From: Pseudomonadota bacterium
GTDB taxonomy: Bacteria; Bdellovibrionota_B; Oligoflexia; Oligoflexales; CAIYRB01
Reading direction: 5' to 3'
Length of the DNA: 39,616 bases
Assembly: GCA_031416315.1 (NCBI GenBank)
Contig: JANOTL010000026.1
Location: 1 to 39,616, forward strand
Below the pieces are notes generated by a model that saw only the letters and a program-made list of their open reading frames with translations, had not been told where the DNA came from and made no database searches. The position numbers and the translations under genes were made by a program. Positions 1-8,744 of this stretch are shown one piece after another; within the stretch, counting starts at the first letter, position 1, and each line of letters opens with the position of its first letter.

Positions 1-88
1 CAAAGTCTGCATGATCAAGCGATCGGGAAATTGCCGGGGAATCCGGCGAGAGCGAGGGTCGCGTGACGGACGCTATGGGTAGCGCCGC

Positions 89-142
89 GAGATCCCTCGC
101 TCCGCTCGGGATAGACCCTGGCGCGAAAGCGCCAGGGTCTAC
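89..142. repeat. REP-like palindromic element(s) downstream of the kinase stop
   Basis: Perfect 13-bp stem TAGACCCTGGCGC-GAAA-GCGCCAGGGTCTA at 112-141. On the minus strand it begins with GTAG, the hallmark of GTAG-type REPs. It abuts GAGATCCCTCGCTCCGCTCGGGAT (89-112), which resembles common REP-like intergenic repeats. Confidence 0.55.
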
Positions 143-1885
143 TTAGGCGACTTCTTTCCCCAATCGCGGCTGTCGGCGCGGGAGTCGCAGGACGAAGCGC
201 GGCGTCGGACTGGCGCCGTCGTATTCCAGGCTGCCGCCGTGATCCTGCACCAGGCCGCGCGAGATGCTGAGGCCCAAGCCCGTTCCCTTGCCGACCTCCT
301 TCGTCGTGAAGAAGGGGCGAAACATCTTCTCGCGCACGGCGAGCGGGATCGGCGCGCCGGAGTTGGCGACGGTCAGGACGATCTCGGCCTCAGTCTTCTG
401 CGCCTCGATGGCGATCCAGGCGCCGTCGGCGGCACTGGCGGCGTCGAAGGCGTTCGAGAGCAGGTTCACGAGCACCTGCACGATCTGCGTCGGTCGGCAT
501 TCGATCGCCGTCTCCGCCGCCGCCTCGGTGCGCTCGTCGAGGCGCACGCCGCGGCTGAGGATGCGCTCGCGGCACAAGGACAAGGCGTTGTCGACGACGC
601 CGCCTAGCCGCTCCGGAGTGAACGGATCGCGTGCGCCGTCCCGCGCGGCCGAGCGCAGGCCGTGCACGATCCTCGCGATGCGGCCGGCGTTGTGCTCGAT
701 GCTCGCGAGGTGGACGATGACCTTGTCGGTCACGCCGTTCTCCGCCGCGTGCCGCGCCATACGCGTCTTGCCGTCGATGATGGCTAGGGGATTATTGATC
801 TCGTGCGCGATCCCGCCCGCCATCTCGCCGAGCGAGGCGAGCCGGCTGGACTCCGCGTGGCGGGCGCGCTCTTCCTCGAGCTCGCGCGCGGCGCGGCGCG
901 CTTCGGTCACGTCGAGCGCGGCGCCGAGGAAGCCGCCGCGCACCGGATCGAGGACGACGTGCAAAGCAGCTTCGCTCCCGTCCGCGCGGCAGAAGCGCGC
1001 CTCGAACGCCAAAGGCGCGGGCGCCTTCGCCCGCTCCTTCAATGCCTGGACGACGCGCTCGCGGTCGTCCGCGTGCAAGCGAGCGCGCCATCCGTCGCCG
1101 AGGCAGGCCTCGCTGCCGGCGGCTCCGACCAGCTCCGCCATGCGGCCGCTGGCGAAAGTGCACTCGCCCTCGGGGCTCGTCTCGAAGACGCCGATCGGCG
1201 CCAGGCGAAGGATACCGTCGAGACGCTCATAGGCGCGTTGCGCCTCTGAGCGGCCAGTCTCCACCTCCCGGAGACGGATCGAGTAGCCGAAGACGACTAA
1301 CGCGCCGACGATGAGGAAGTGGAAGCGTGCGTCGCTGATCGCGGTCGACGACGCCTCTAGGAAGAGGCCGATGAGCTCGAGCGCGGTCCAGGCCATGGCG
1401 CCGGTGACCAATACGCCGCGCCGCCCGAGCATGAGCGTCGCCATGACGAGCGGCATGAGGAGATAACCCGTGACGAAGCGGTACCCCTCGACGTCGCCGG
1501 ACGTCCCGAGCGAGAGCGCGACGGCCAGGATGTTCGAGGTCACCATCGCCTGGCTCGCGAGCGCCGCGTAGCGCGTGCGCGCCGTAACGTACACTACGGT
1601 GCAAGCGCCCCACGAGACGAAGAGCATCAAGCATTCGTGCATCTTCGACGACGAGGTCGGCACGTCGGTGAGGAGCGTCCGCAGGAAATAGATGCCGAGG
1701 AGAAAGCTCAGGAGCAGCGAGAGCGTCGCCGTCAGCCGCGCGCCGCGCGCGGCGTCTGGCCCGAGCGCCGCGGCGGCGGGATGGGGGGCGACGAGGCGGT
1801 CTAGGGTTCGTAAACGATTGATGTTTAGTTCGTCCTGCCCCGGGATGCGGGTATTCCTCCCTAGGCTTCGGGCGGCCTCGGCCAA
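143..1885 (-). CDS. Membrane-bound PAS sensor histidine kinase (start uncertain)
   Basis: About 6 hydrophobic TM segments, PAS (APIGVF...W...HADD), H-box GEMAGGIAHEINNPL, N-box QVLVNLLSNAFDA, and F/G2 boxes PFFTTKEVGKGTGLGLSIS. The TTG at 1885 is doubtful; the true start may be downstream. Confidence 0.9.
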   Translation of the reverse strand: MAEAARSLGRNTRIPGQDELNINRLRTLDRLVAPHPAAAALGPDAARGARLTATLSLLLSFLLGIYFLRTLLTDVPTSSSKMHECLMLFVSWGACTVVYVTARTRYAALASQAMVTSNILAVALSLGTSGDVEGYRFVTGYLLMPLVMATLMLGRRGVLVTGAMAWTALELIGLFLEASSTAISDARFHFLIVGALVVFGYSIRLREVETGRSEAQRAYERLDGILRLAPIGVFETSPEGECTFASGRMAELVGAAGSEACLGDGWRARLHADDRERVVQALKERAKAPAPLAFEARFCRADGSEAALHVVLDPVRGGFLGAALDVTEARRAARELEEERARHAESSRLASLGEMAGGIAHEINNPLAIIDGKTRMARHAAENGVTDKVIVHLASIEHNAGRIARIVHGLRSAARDGARDPFTPERLGGVVDNALSLCRERILSRGVRLDERTEAAAETAIECRPTQIVQVLVNLLSNAFDAASAADGAWIAIEAQKTEAEIVLTVANSGAPIPLAVREKMFRPFFTTKEVGKGTGLGLSISRGLVQDHGGSLEYDGASPTPRFVLRLPRRQPRLGKEVA

Positions 1886-1891
1886 ATTTGA
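1865..1891 (-). promoter_or_regulatory. Putative sigma-28 (FliA)-type promoter for the kinase
   Basis: Minus strand TCAAA-N14-CCCGAAGC, with the same spacing as stronger sites at 31372 and 31982. Confidence 0.35.
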
Positions 1892-2007
1892 GTAAAGGGG
1901 GCGGTGACGAAAGGTTTTATCTGACAGAACGAGCGGTTATACCGTTGCGGCGGCCTCCTCGGGCGCGTGATAGAAGTTGGGGGCACACCCGAGCGGAAAG
2001 TGACAAC

Positions 2008-2892
2008 GTGAGCGATCTCCACATCGGCAAGCCCGACTGGCTGAAGACCAAGATCCCTTCCGGCGAGACCTACGGCAAGATCAAGCGCGACCTGCGCGAG
2101 CGCAAGCTGTTCACCGTCTGCGAAGAGGCGAAGTGCCCGAACATCGGCCAATGCTGGAGCCAGAACACCGCGACGTTCATGGTGCTCGGCGACACGTGCA
2201 CGCGCGCCTGCCGCTTCTGCAACGTCAAGACGGGCAACCCGGGCGGTTGGACCGACCCGCAAGAGGCGGACCAGACCGCCGAGTCGGCGAAGATCATGGC
2301 GCTGAAGTATGCCGTGATCACCATGGTCGATCGCGACGACCTCGAGGACGGCGGCGCCGCGCACGTCGCCAAGGTCCTCCGTCGCGTCAAAGAGGTGAAC
2401 CCCGGCATCAAGGTCGAGATCCTCGCCGGCGACTTCAAGAAGAGCGAGGCCGCGCTCAAGACCCTGGTCGATTCGCGCCCCGAGGTCTTCGCCCACAACC
2501 TCGAGACGGTCGAGCGCCTGACGCCGCGCGTGCGCGACGCCCGCGCCAAGTACCGCCAATCGCTCGAGGTCCTGCGCCTCGTGAAGGAGCTCGCGGACTA
2601 TCCGATCGTGACCAAGAGCGCGCTGATGCTCGGGCTCGGCGAAGAGTTGGACGAATGCGAGGCCGCTCTGCGCGACATGCGCGAGTACGGCGTCGACTTC
2701 GTCACCATCGGCCAATACATGCGCCCGACGAAGAAGCACTTGTCGATCAAGCGCTGGGTTCCGCCCGCCGAGTTCGACCTCCTCGCGGAGAAGGCGCGCG
2801 CGATGGGCTTCCGCTCCGTGGTCTCCGGGCCGCTGGTCCGGAGCTCCTTTCGCGCCGACCACTATTACAACTTGGCGATGCAGGCCAAATGA
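2008..2892 (+). CDS. lipA: Lipoyl synthase
   Basis: KPDWLK, CEEAKCPNIGQC (CX4CX5C), radical-SAM CTRACRFC, HNLETVERL, GQYMRP, GPLVRSSF. GTG start at 2008. Confidence 0.97.
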   Translation: MSDLHIGKPDWLKTKIPSGETYGKIKRDLRERKLFTVCEEAKCPNIGQCWSQNTATFMVLGDTCTRACRFCNVKTGNPGGWTDPQEADQTAESAKIMALKYAVITMVDRDDLEDGGAAHVAKVLRRVKEVNPGIKVEILAGDFKKSEAALKTLVDSRPEVFAHNLETVERLTPRVRDARAKYRQSLEVLRLVKELADYPIVTKSALMLGLGEELDECEAALRDMREYGVDFVTIGQYMRPTKKHLSIKRWVPPAEFDLLAEKARAMGFRSVVSGPLVRSSFRADHYYNLAMQAK

Positions 2893-3761
2893 CCCTGCTC
2901 CTGAGAGCCTTGCTCGCGTTCGTGCGCGTGTGGCCGAAGGCGCACTTCGACCGCCTCGCCACGCTCCTCTACGTCGTTTGCCGGCCGTTTGCCGGCGGCG
3001 AGGTGCGGCCGCTCGCCGGCAACGTCGAGAAGATTTACGGGCTCCGGCGCGGTACGCACTTCGCGGTCATGTTCGCGCGCCAGAATCTCCATCATCAGCT
3101 GGTATGCGGCCTCGAGACGATGCGCGCGATCCAGGAGCCGGAGATCATCGAGGTTTCTGGACTCGACGCGCTGAAAGACCACGTCTCGGCCGCAGAGGCC
3201 GCCGGCCGCGGCCATTTGCTCGTCACCGCCCACCTCGGCAGCTGGGAGCTCTGCGCCTATTACGGGCAAAAAGCCGGCGCGAAGCAATTCCACGTGCTGG
3301 CGAAGCCGTCGCGAAGCCGAGCCGTCACCGCGCTCCTCGAGCGCATGCGCGTGAAGATGGGCACGAAAGTGCTATGGACCGACAAGAAAACCCTGGTCCG
3401 CGACATGCTGGGCGCGCTCAAGCGCGGCGAGTCGCTCGGCTTTGTCATGGACCAGAAGCCGGAAGGGCGCAAGGGACCGGTGGTCGACTTCCTCGGCGTG
3501 CCGACGGACTTCGTCTCGGGGCCGGCGACGATGGCCTCGCGCACCGGCGCGGCGGTGATCTCGATCTTTTGTTTACGGGAAGGCCCGTTCCGGTTCCGTC
3601 TCGTCTCGGAGACCTTGGCTTCGTCCGGTCATGGCATCACGGACGAGCTGGCGTTGACGCAGCGGATGGCTTCGGCGATCGACCGGGTGATTCGGTTGTA
3701 TCCGGAGCAGTGGACTTGGAATTATCGGCGGTGGAAGACGATGCATAGCGCCGCTCAGTGA
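2889..3761 (+). CDS. Lipid A / lysophospholipid acyltransferase (LpxL/HtrB family)
   Basis: ATG overlaps the lipA stop (ATGA). TAHLGSWE (HX4E), MDQ, VDFLG and C-terminal PEQWTWNYRRWK. Confidence 0.88.
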   Translation: MTLLLRALLAFVRVWPKAHFDRLATLLYVVCRPFAGGEVRPLAGNVEKIYGLRRGTHFAVMFARQNLHHQLVCGLETMRAIQEPEIIEVSGLDALKDHVSAAEAAGRGHLLVTAHLGSWELCAYYGQKAGAKQFHVLAKPSRSRAVTALLERMRVKMGTKVLWTDKKTLVRDMLGALKRGESLGFVMDQKPEGRKGPVVDFLGVPTDFVSGPATMASRTGAAVISIFCLREGPFRFRLVSETLASSGHGITDELALTQRMASAIDRVIRLYPEQWTWNYRRWKTMHSAAQ

Positions 3762-3763
3762 TA

Positions 3764-3905
3764 GCTCGGGGCGCATTTTTTATCGTTGAAGCGCTGAAGA
3801 GCGGAAGCGCAGATCGGCCGGCCGGAGCTTTTTTAGAATGCCTCCGGCCGACCGATCTGCGTTTCCGCTCCTCTGCGCTTCAGCGATGAAAAAAACTTCC
3901 GACGC
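3764..3905. repeat. Long imperfect inverted repeat (MITE/REP-like palindrome) between convergent genes
   Basis: Left arm 3776-3827 and right arm 3842-3895. About 47-bp core with 6 mismatches, flanked by T6 on the left and A7 on the right, with weaker pairing extending outward. Confidence 0.75.
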
Positions 3906-3913
3906 GCCGGCGA

Positions 3914-4585
3914 CTAGGGCGCCGGACGCCCAAACGCCCACCGCATCAAAGAATCGTACTCCCCCGCATCCGGATACGTCTCCTCGGCCGCCGGCGTATA
4001 CCCCGGCCGATCCGAGTGCCCGACCGCCGCAACCGTCCAACCGATGCGGTAACCGAGGTCCTCGTAGGGGACGGGATGCGGATCGTACGTGCCAGTCTCT
4101 TCGTTGTAGACGAGCCGCGGATACGCGATCGTGATCACCGAGGCCATCGTCTCTGAATAGCCTTCCTCCTGCGCCAGCCAAGGATCGCGCGGATGGGCCG
4201 CCGCGTACTTCGCGCGCAGGCCGGTGTCGCCGCGCAACGCATCGCGTTGCGCGCGGTAGGTGTTGTTGCGCATGAACACGTTGCCCCACCAAGCGCTGAA
4301 GCATTCGTTGTAGAAATCCGACCAGTCGCCGCGGCGCCATTCCGAGGGCGGCACGTTCGCCGAGGGCAGATAGATCGTCCCGCCGCTCATCCAGCCCGGG
4401 ACGTAATGCGGGCCATCGCTCGTGTAGGCGACGACGACGTCGGCGTTCACCGTAATGATCTCGTCGATTAGCTTCGTCGGCAGGCCTTTGGCAGCAGCAG
4501 CGGCCTGGTGCGGCGAAAGCGCGTGCGCGAGCGCGGACGACGACAAACAGAGAGCGAAAATGACGACGCCGAGACGCGACAGCAT
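3914..4585 (-). CDS. Secreted hypothetical protein, possible degenerate zincin fold
   Basis: GGAGG RBS at 4591-4595, ATG 4585, signal peptide MLSRLGVVIFALCLSSSALA, high GC3. Contains DFYNECFSAWW and EEGYSE. Confidence 0.75.
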   Translation of the reverse strand: MLSRLGVVIFALCLSSSALAHALSPHQAAAAAKGLPTKLIDEIITVNADVVVAYTSDGPHYVPGWMSGGTIYLPSANVPPSEWRRGDWSDFYNECFSAWWGNVFMRNNTYRAQRDALRGDTGLRAKYAAAHPRDPWLAQEEGYSETMASVITIAYPRLVYNEETGTYDPHPVPYEDLGYRIGWTVAAVGHSDRPGYTPAAEETYPDAGEYDSLMRWAFGRPAP

Positions 4586-4658
4586 GAAAACCTCCGGAGG
4601 GGATAAAGCTCCGGCGACTATAGACACGTGGAGGGAGCGACTCAAGCGCGTCGTTTTG

Positions 4659-6152
4659 TCAGATAAATCCAAAGCTTGGAGGTAAGATCGCGCCGCCGAG
4701 CTCAATCTCAAGGACCAAAGCCGCTCCGGCAGCCACGTGATCCTCGCCGAAGGCGGCCACCGCCTGCACGCCGAGCGGCAGGCCGTCCGCATCGACGCCC
4801 GTCGGCGCGGCGGCGACCGGGAGGCCCAGGACGTTGAAGATGCCGGTGATCGCGTGATCGAAGGGGCGCAGCATCGGCAGGTGATGCTTGCGCGCGACGC
4901 TCGCGTTCCCCGGGAAAAGGAGGAGCCCTCCGCCGCGCAGCATGCCCGCGATCCCGTCCGCCATCGCGTCGCGCTCGTCGCGCCGCCATGTCTTCTTCGG
5001 GATCACGCGCAAGAGGCGCTCGCCGATCATGTATTCGATCGCTGGGAGCGTGTGCCGCGCTTTACCCATGAGGGCATAGACGATCTCGACGGCGATCGAC
5101 GCGTTGCCGCCCGCGGCGCGCATGAGGTGCTCGAGCGGCGGCTGCTCGAGTTCTTTCATCGCGGCGACCCAGTAGTCGAAGGCGCGATGGAAGAACCGCC
5201 GCGGCAGCTCCTCCACCTCGGCGCCGCGCGCCGCAAAGGCCTTCGCCGCTTGCTCCACTGCCGCGCGCATCGTCTTCGACACGCGCGAGACCGAGCGCAT
5301 CTGGGGATCGGCGGAGAAAAAGACGCGTTTCCCTTGCCAATCGAGGGTCTTCGGCTCTTGCCAAAGCGACGCCCGCGCGCTCGTGGAGGCGTCGAAGCCG
5401 TCCGGCCCGGCTAGGGCGGAGAGCACGGGCAGAAGATCCTCGGCGTGCCGGGCCAAGGGTCCTATGGTGTTGAACTGCATCGCGTCGCGCGCGTGCGGCC
5501 AGTCGCCTTCGTAGAACGGCCAGTGGTCGGTGCACGGCACGAGCCCTGCCGACGGCTTCAGCCCGAAGATGCCGTTGAAGGTCGCCGGCTGCCGAATCGA
5601 GCCGCCGACGTCGCTGCCGAGCCCCAATGGACTGCCGCAGGCCGCGAGGATCGCGCCCTCGCCGCCGCTCGAGCCGCCGACGCCGCGCGTCGGATCGTGC
5701 GGATTCACCGTCCGCCCGAAGAGGAGGTTGTGCGTCTCCGTCCAGAAGCAGGCCTCGGGGACGTTGGTGACGCCGAGGGGGATGAAGCCCGCGGCCTTCA
5801 TCCGCGCCACCGTCGGGGCGTCCCTCGCCGCCACTTTGCCGCGTCGTGCCAGGAGACCCGCCGTGTTCGACTGACCCGCGAGCGCAATCGCTTCCTTGAT
5901 CGTGCACGGCACGCCGAGGAACGCCGGCAGCTCGCGCACGTCCGCGGCGCTCATGACCCGCGCCTCGGCCGCCCGGGCCTCGGCCCGTGCCGCCTCGTAG
6001 CGCTTCCCCACCACGGCGTTCAAACGCGGATTCACCGCCTCGATGCGTGCGATGAAGGCCTCGACGACGGCGACCGGGGAGATCTCGCGACAGCGGATCA
6101 ACGCGGCGAGGCGCGTCGCGCTCATCTGCAGAAGCTCGCTCGACCGGGTCAT
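4659..6152 (-). CDS. Amidase signature family enzyme (FAAH2-like)
   Basis: GVPCTIKE (catalytic Lys), GGSSGGEG, GSDVGGSIRQPA (Ser-cisSer-Lys triad), GLKPS, GPLAR, GLPLGVQ. Confidence 0.93.
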   Translation of the reverse strand: MTRSSELLQMSATRLAALIRCREISPVAVVEAFIARIEAVNPRLNAVVGKRYEAARAEARAAEARVMSAADVRELPAFLGVPCTIKEAIALAGQSNTAGLLARRGKVAARDAPTVARMKAAGFIPLGVTNVPEACFWTETHNLLFGRTVNPHDPTRGVGGSSGGEGAILAACGSPLGLGSDVGGSIRQPATFNGIFGLKPSAGLVPCTDHWPFYEGDWPHARDAMQFNTIGPLARHAEDLLPVLSALAGPDGFDASTSARASLWQEPKTLDWQGKRVFFSADPQMRSVSRVSKTMRAAVEQAAKAFAARGAEVEELPRRFFHRAFDYWVAAMKELEQPPLEHLMRAAGGNASIAVEIVYALMGKARHTLPAIEYMIGERLLRVIPKKTWRRDERDAMADGIAGMLRGGGLLLFPGNASVARKHHLPMLRPFDHAITGIFNVLGLPVAAAPTGVDADGLPLGVQAVAAFGEDHVAAGAALVLEIELGGAILPPSFGFI

Positions 6153-6177
6153 ACTCTCTCGGTACTATGGAACGGCA

Positions 6178-6900
6178 ATGGTAGCACACGCGATCACCCC
6201 AGAACTTGGCCTCGTCCGCCGCGCCGAAGAGCGCGCTCTCGCCTCTCTGCGCGCCTCCCGCCGCGGCGTCGTCGCCTGGGCGATCATCACCTCCGCGCTC
6301 GCCCTGGCGGATCCTTCCAGCGCGTCTCTCCTCGTCGGCGGTGCCGTCAGCCTCACCGGCGAGTTGGTGCGCGTCGTCGCCGCCGGCTACGGCTACAACG
6401 TCGGCGAGCTCACGGTGCGCGGTCCCTACCGCTTCGTGCGCCATCCCTATTTTCTGGGCTCGGCCTTGCTCTACCTCGGTTTCACCGTCGCCGCGCGCGA
6501 CCCCTTCGTCGCCGGCCTCGGACTCTTGGCGCTCGTGATCACCTACGCCTTGGACGTGCAGGCGGACGAGAATCGCTTGAAAGCCCGTCTAGGCCCGGCG
6601 TTCAGCGAATACCGCGCTCGCGTGCCGGCTTTCCTGCCGCAGCTCTTGCCCTATTCGTCGCCCGTGGAGTCGCAAGCGCTTGATTCGAGAGGATTTTCTC
6701 TGGGTCACGCCGTCTTCCGGGGCCGCCATCGCGAGCTCGGCCCTTTGGTCGGCTTGGCCCTCTCTTATGCCTTTCTCTTTCTCGTGTTGCGCTACGGCGT
6801 CATGAAGCCCTATCTCCGGTGGGCCGTACCTTTAGCCTCCGCGGTTTATGGCCTCGGACGCGTCATCTACTACCGCGTGGTTGGAGTTCGTCATGGCTAG
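6178..6900 (+). CDS. Isoprenylcysteine carboxyl-/phospholipid methyltransferase family membrane protein
   Basis: ELTVRGPYRFVRHPYFLG, DENRL..RLG..FSEYRARVPAF, multiple TM helices. Confidence 0.85.
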   Translation: MVAHAITPELGLVRRAEERALASLRASRRGVVAWAIITSALALADPSSASLLVGGAVSLTGELVRVVAAGYGYNVGELTVRGPYRFVRHPYFLGSALLYLGFTVAARDPFVAGLGLLALVITYALDVQADENRLKARLGPAFSEYRARVPAFLPQLLPYSSPVESQALDSRGFSLGHAVFRGRHRELGPLVGLALSYAFLFLVLRYGVMKPYLRWAVPLASAVYGLGRVIYYRVVGVRHG

Positions 6901-8071
6901 TCCGCACTGCACGCCTTTCCCCGATTATTACGACGTCAACGCGCTGCTCACCGAAGAGCAACGCCTCGTGCAGTCCTCGGTGCGCGCCTTCGTCGCCAAG
7001 GAGATCGAGCCGAAGATTCAGAAGGCGTACCTGAACGAGGAGTTTCCCACCGAGATCATCCCGAAGCTCGGCGAGCTCGGCCTGCTCGGCGGCAATCTCC
7101 ACGGCTACGGCCTCGCGGGCATGGACCACATCGCCTACGGCATCGTCATGCAAGAGCTCGAGCGCTGCGACTCCGGGGTGCGCTCCTTCGCCTCCGTGCA
7201 AGGCGCCCTCGTCATGTACCCGATCCATGCCTTCGGCAGCGAAGCCCAGAAAGAGGAATGGCTGCCGAAGCTCGGCACCGGCGAGGCAGTCGGCTGCTTC
7301 GGCCTGACCGAGAGCTACGGCGGCTCCGACCCCGGCAACATGAAGACCACGGCCGAGGACAAGGGCGACCACTGGCTCTTGAACGGCAGCAAGATGTGGA
7401 TCACCAACGGCAACTTGGCCCACGTCGCCGTCGTCTGGGCGAAGACCGACAAGGGCATCAAGGGCTTCGTCGTCCCGACCAAGACCAAGGGCTTCGAAGC
7501 GCGCAAGATGACGGGCAAGCTGTCGCTGCGCGCCTCGGTCACCTCCGAGCTCTACTTCGACAACGTCAAGCTGCCGAAGGACGCCATCCTGCCGAAGTCC
7601 GACGGCCTGAAGTCGCCGCTCTCCTGCCTCACGCAGGCGCGCTATGGCATCGCCTGGGGCGTCCTCGGCGCCGCCGAGGCCTGCTTCGACGAGGCCGTGA
7701 ACTACGCCTCCGACCGCGTCACCTTCGACCGCCCGATCGGCCACACGCAGCTCGTGCAGCGGAAGCTCGCGATCATGCTCACGCGCATCACGCAGGCGAA
7801 GCTCCTGGCTCTGCGCCTCGGCCAGATGAAGAACGAAGGCAAGATGCACTTCGCGCACGTGTCGATGGCAAAACAGAACAACGTCGAGATGGCGCTAGAG
7901 ACGGCCCGCACCTGCCGCGACATCTTGGGCGGCAACGGCATCATGGTCGAGTACAAGGCCATGCGCCACATGTGCAACCTCGAGACGGTCTCCACGTACG
8001 AAGGCACCAACGACATCCACCTCCTGATCGTCGGCGCGCAAATCACGGGCGTGCCCGCATTCGGAGCCTGA
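6893..8071 (+). CDS. gcdH: Acyl-CoA dehydrogenase, glutaryl-CoA dehydrogenase-like
   Basis: ELERCDSGVRSFASVQGALVMYPI, GCFGLTESYGGSDP, LNGSKMWITN, ARYGIAWG, RHMCNLETVSTYEGTNDIH. GGAG RBS. Confidence 0.85.
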   Translation: MASPHCTPFPDYYDVNALLTEEQRLVQSSVRAFVAKEIEPKIQKAYLNEEFPTEIIPKLGELGLLGGNLHGYGLAGMDHIAYGIVMQELERCDSGVRSFASVQGALVMYPIHAFGSEAQKEEWLPKLGTGEAVGCFGLTESYGGSDPGNMKTTAEDKGDHWLLNGSKMWITNGNLAHVAVVWAKTDKGIKGFVVPTKTKGFEARKMTGKLSLRASVTSELYFDNVKLPKDAILPKSDGLKSPLSCLTQARYGIAWGVLGAAEACFDEAVNYASDRVTFDRPIGHTQLVQRKLAIMLTRITQAKLLALRLGQMKNEGKMHFAHVSMAKQNNVEMALETARTCRDILGGNGIMVEYKAMRHMCNLETVSTYEGTNDIHLLIVGAQITGVPAFGA

Positions 8072-8073
8072 AA

Positions 8074-8610
8074 ATGCGGCGCTTCCTCCTCGGCCCCTTT
8101 GCCTTCGTCACCCTTGCCATGATCGCGGCCGCTTTCGGCTGCAAGGCGAATCGTTGGCGCGAGCAGGAAGCGAAGGACCCGGACGGCAAGGCCGTCTCGG
8201 TCCTGCCCCAGCGCGTGACGGAGGCGAGCGCCGACGCGGTCGCCGCGACCGGCACCGGCTTCGACGTCGACGAGCGCACGGGCAAGCCGCGCGCGAATTT
8301 GATCGTGCGCCTCGACCATTTCCCCGAGGCTCGTCCCGGCGCGACCAATTTGCCGATCTGCTATCCGCGCCTCGCGGCCGATTTCGACCTCGGCACCGTG
8401 ACCTGCGACGCCGAGGGCTCGCAACCGCAGCGCCTCGTCGCCGCCAACGTCGCGCAAGAGTGCTACACCAATCCCCAGCAAAAACGCAGCGAGCCGACGC
8501 AGGGGTTGCTCCTTCCAGGCTGCCGCCGCGCCACCATCCGCATGCACGGCTTCGAGCCGAAGCTCGCGCTCGACGTGGAGCAAAAGGACGTGGCGAGCAG
8601 CGCGCCTTGA
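8074..8610 (+). CDS. Hypothetical lipoprotein
   Basis: ATG 2 nt after the ACAD stop. Signal MRRFLLGPFAFVTLAMIAAAFGC with a lipobox-like Cys, plus four further Cys. Confidence 0.75.
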   Translation: MRRFLLGPFAFVTLAMIAAAFGCKANRWREQEAKDPDGKAVSVLPQRVTEASADAVAATGTGFDVDERTGKPRANLIVRLDHFPEARPGATNLPICYPRLAADFDLGTVTCDAEGSQPQRLVAANVAQECYTNPQQKRSEPTQGLLLPGCRRATIRMHGFEPKLALDVEQKDVASSAP

Positions 8611-8744
8611 GCGGGCCGTTCGACGATTTGACCGACGCCTGCTCGTGCTGGAACGTTCGCAGCACTCGGCGAGAAATGTTGGCTTGGGACTCTTTCCTGA
8701 TTATGTTGTCGACATAAACCACGACAAATTAGGGGCGTGAGGGC

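Noticed and set aside
2133..2888. Long N-terminal extensions in the ORF track (also 7258-8073, 10588-11073, 27526-28197)
   Set aside because: They overlap real genes in another frame; better starts with RBS, coupling or signal peptides lie downstream.
3932..3942. 11-bp match (and 10-bp match at 28831-28840) to the tRNA-Val 3' end as att sites
   Set aside because: Too short, located inside or at ordinary genes, and no integrase is present; consistent with chance.
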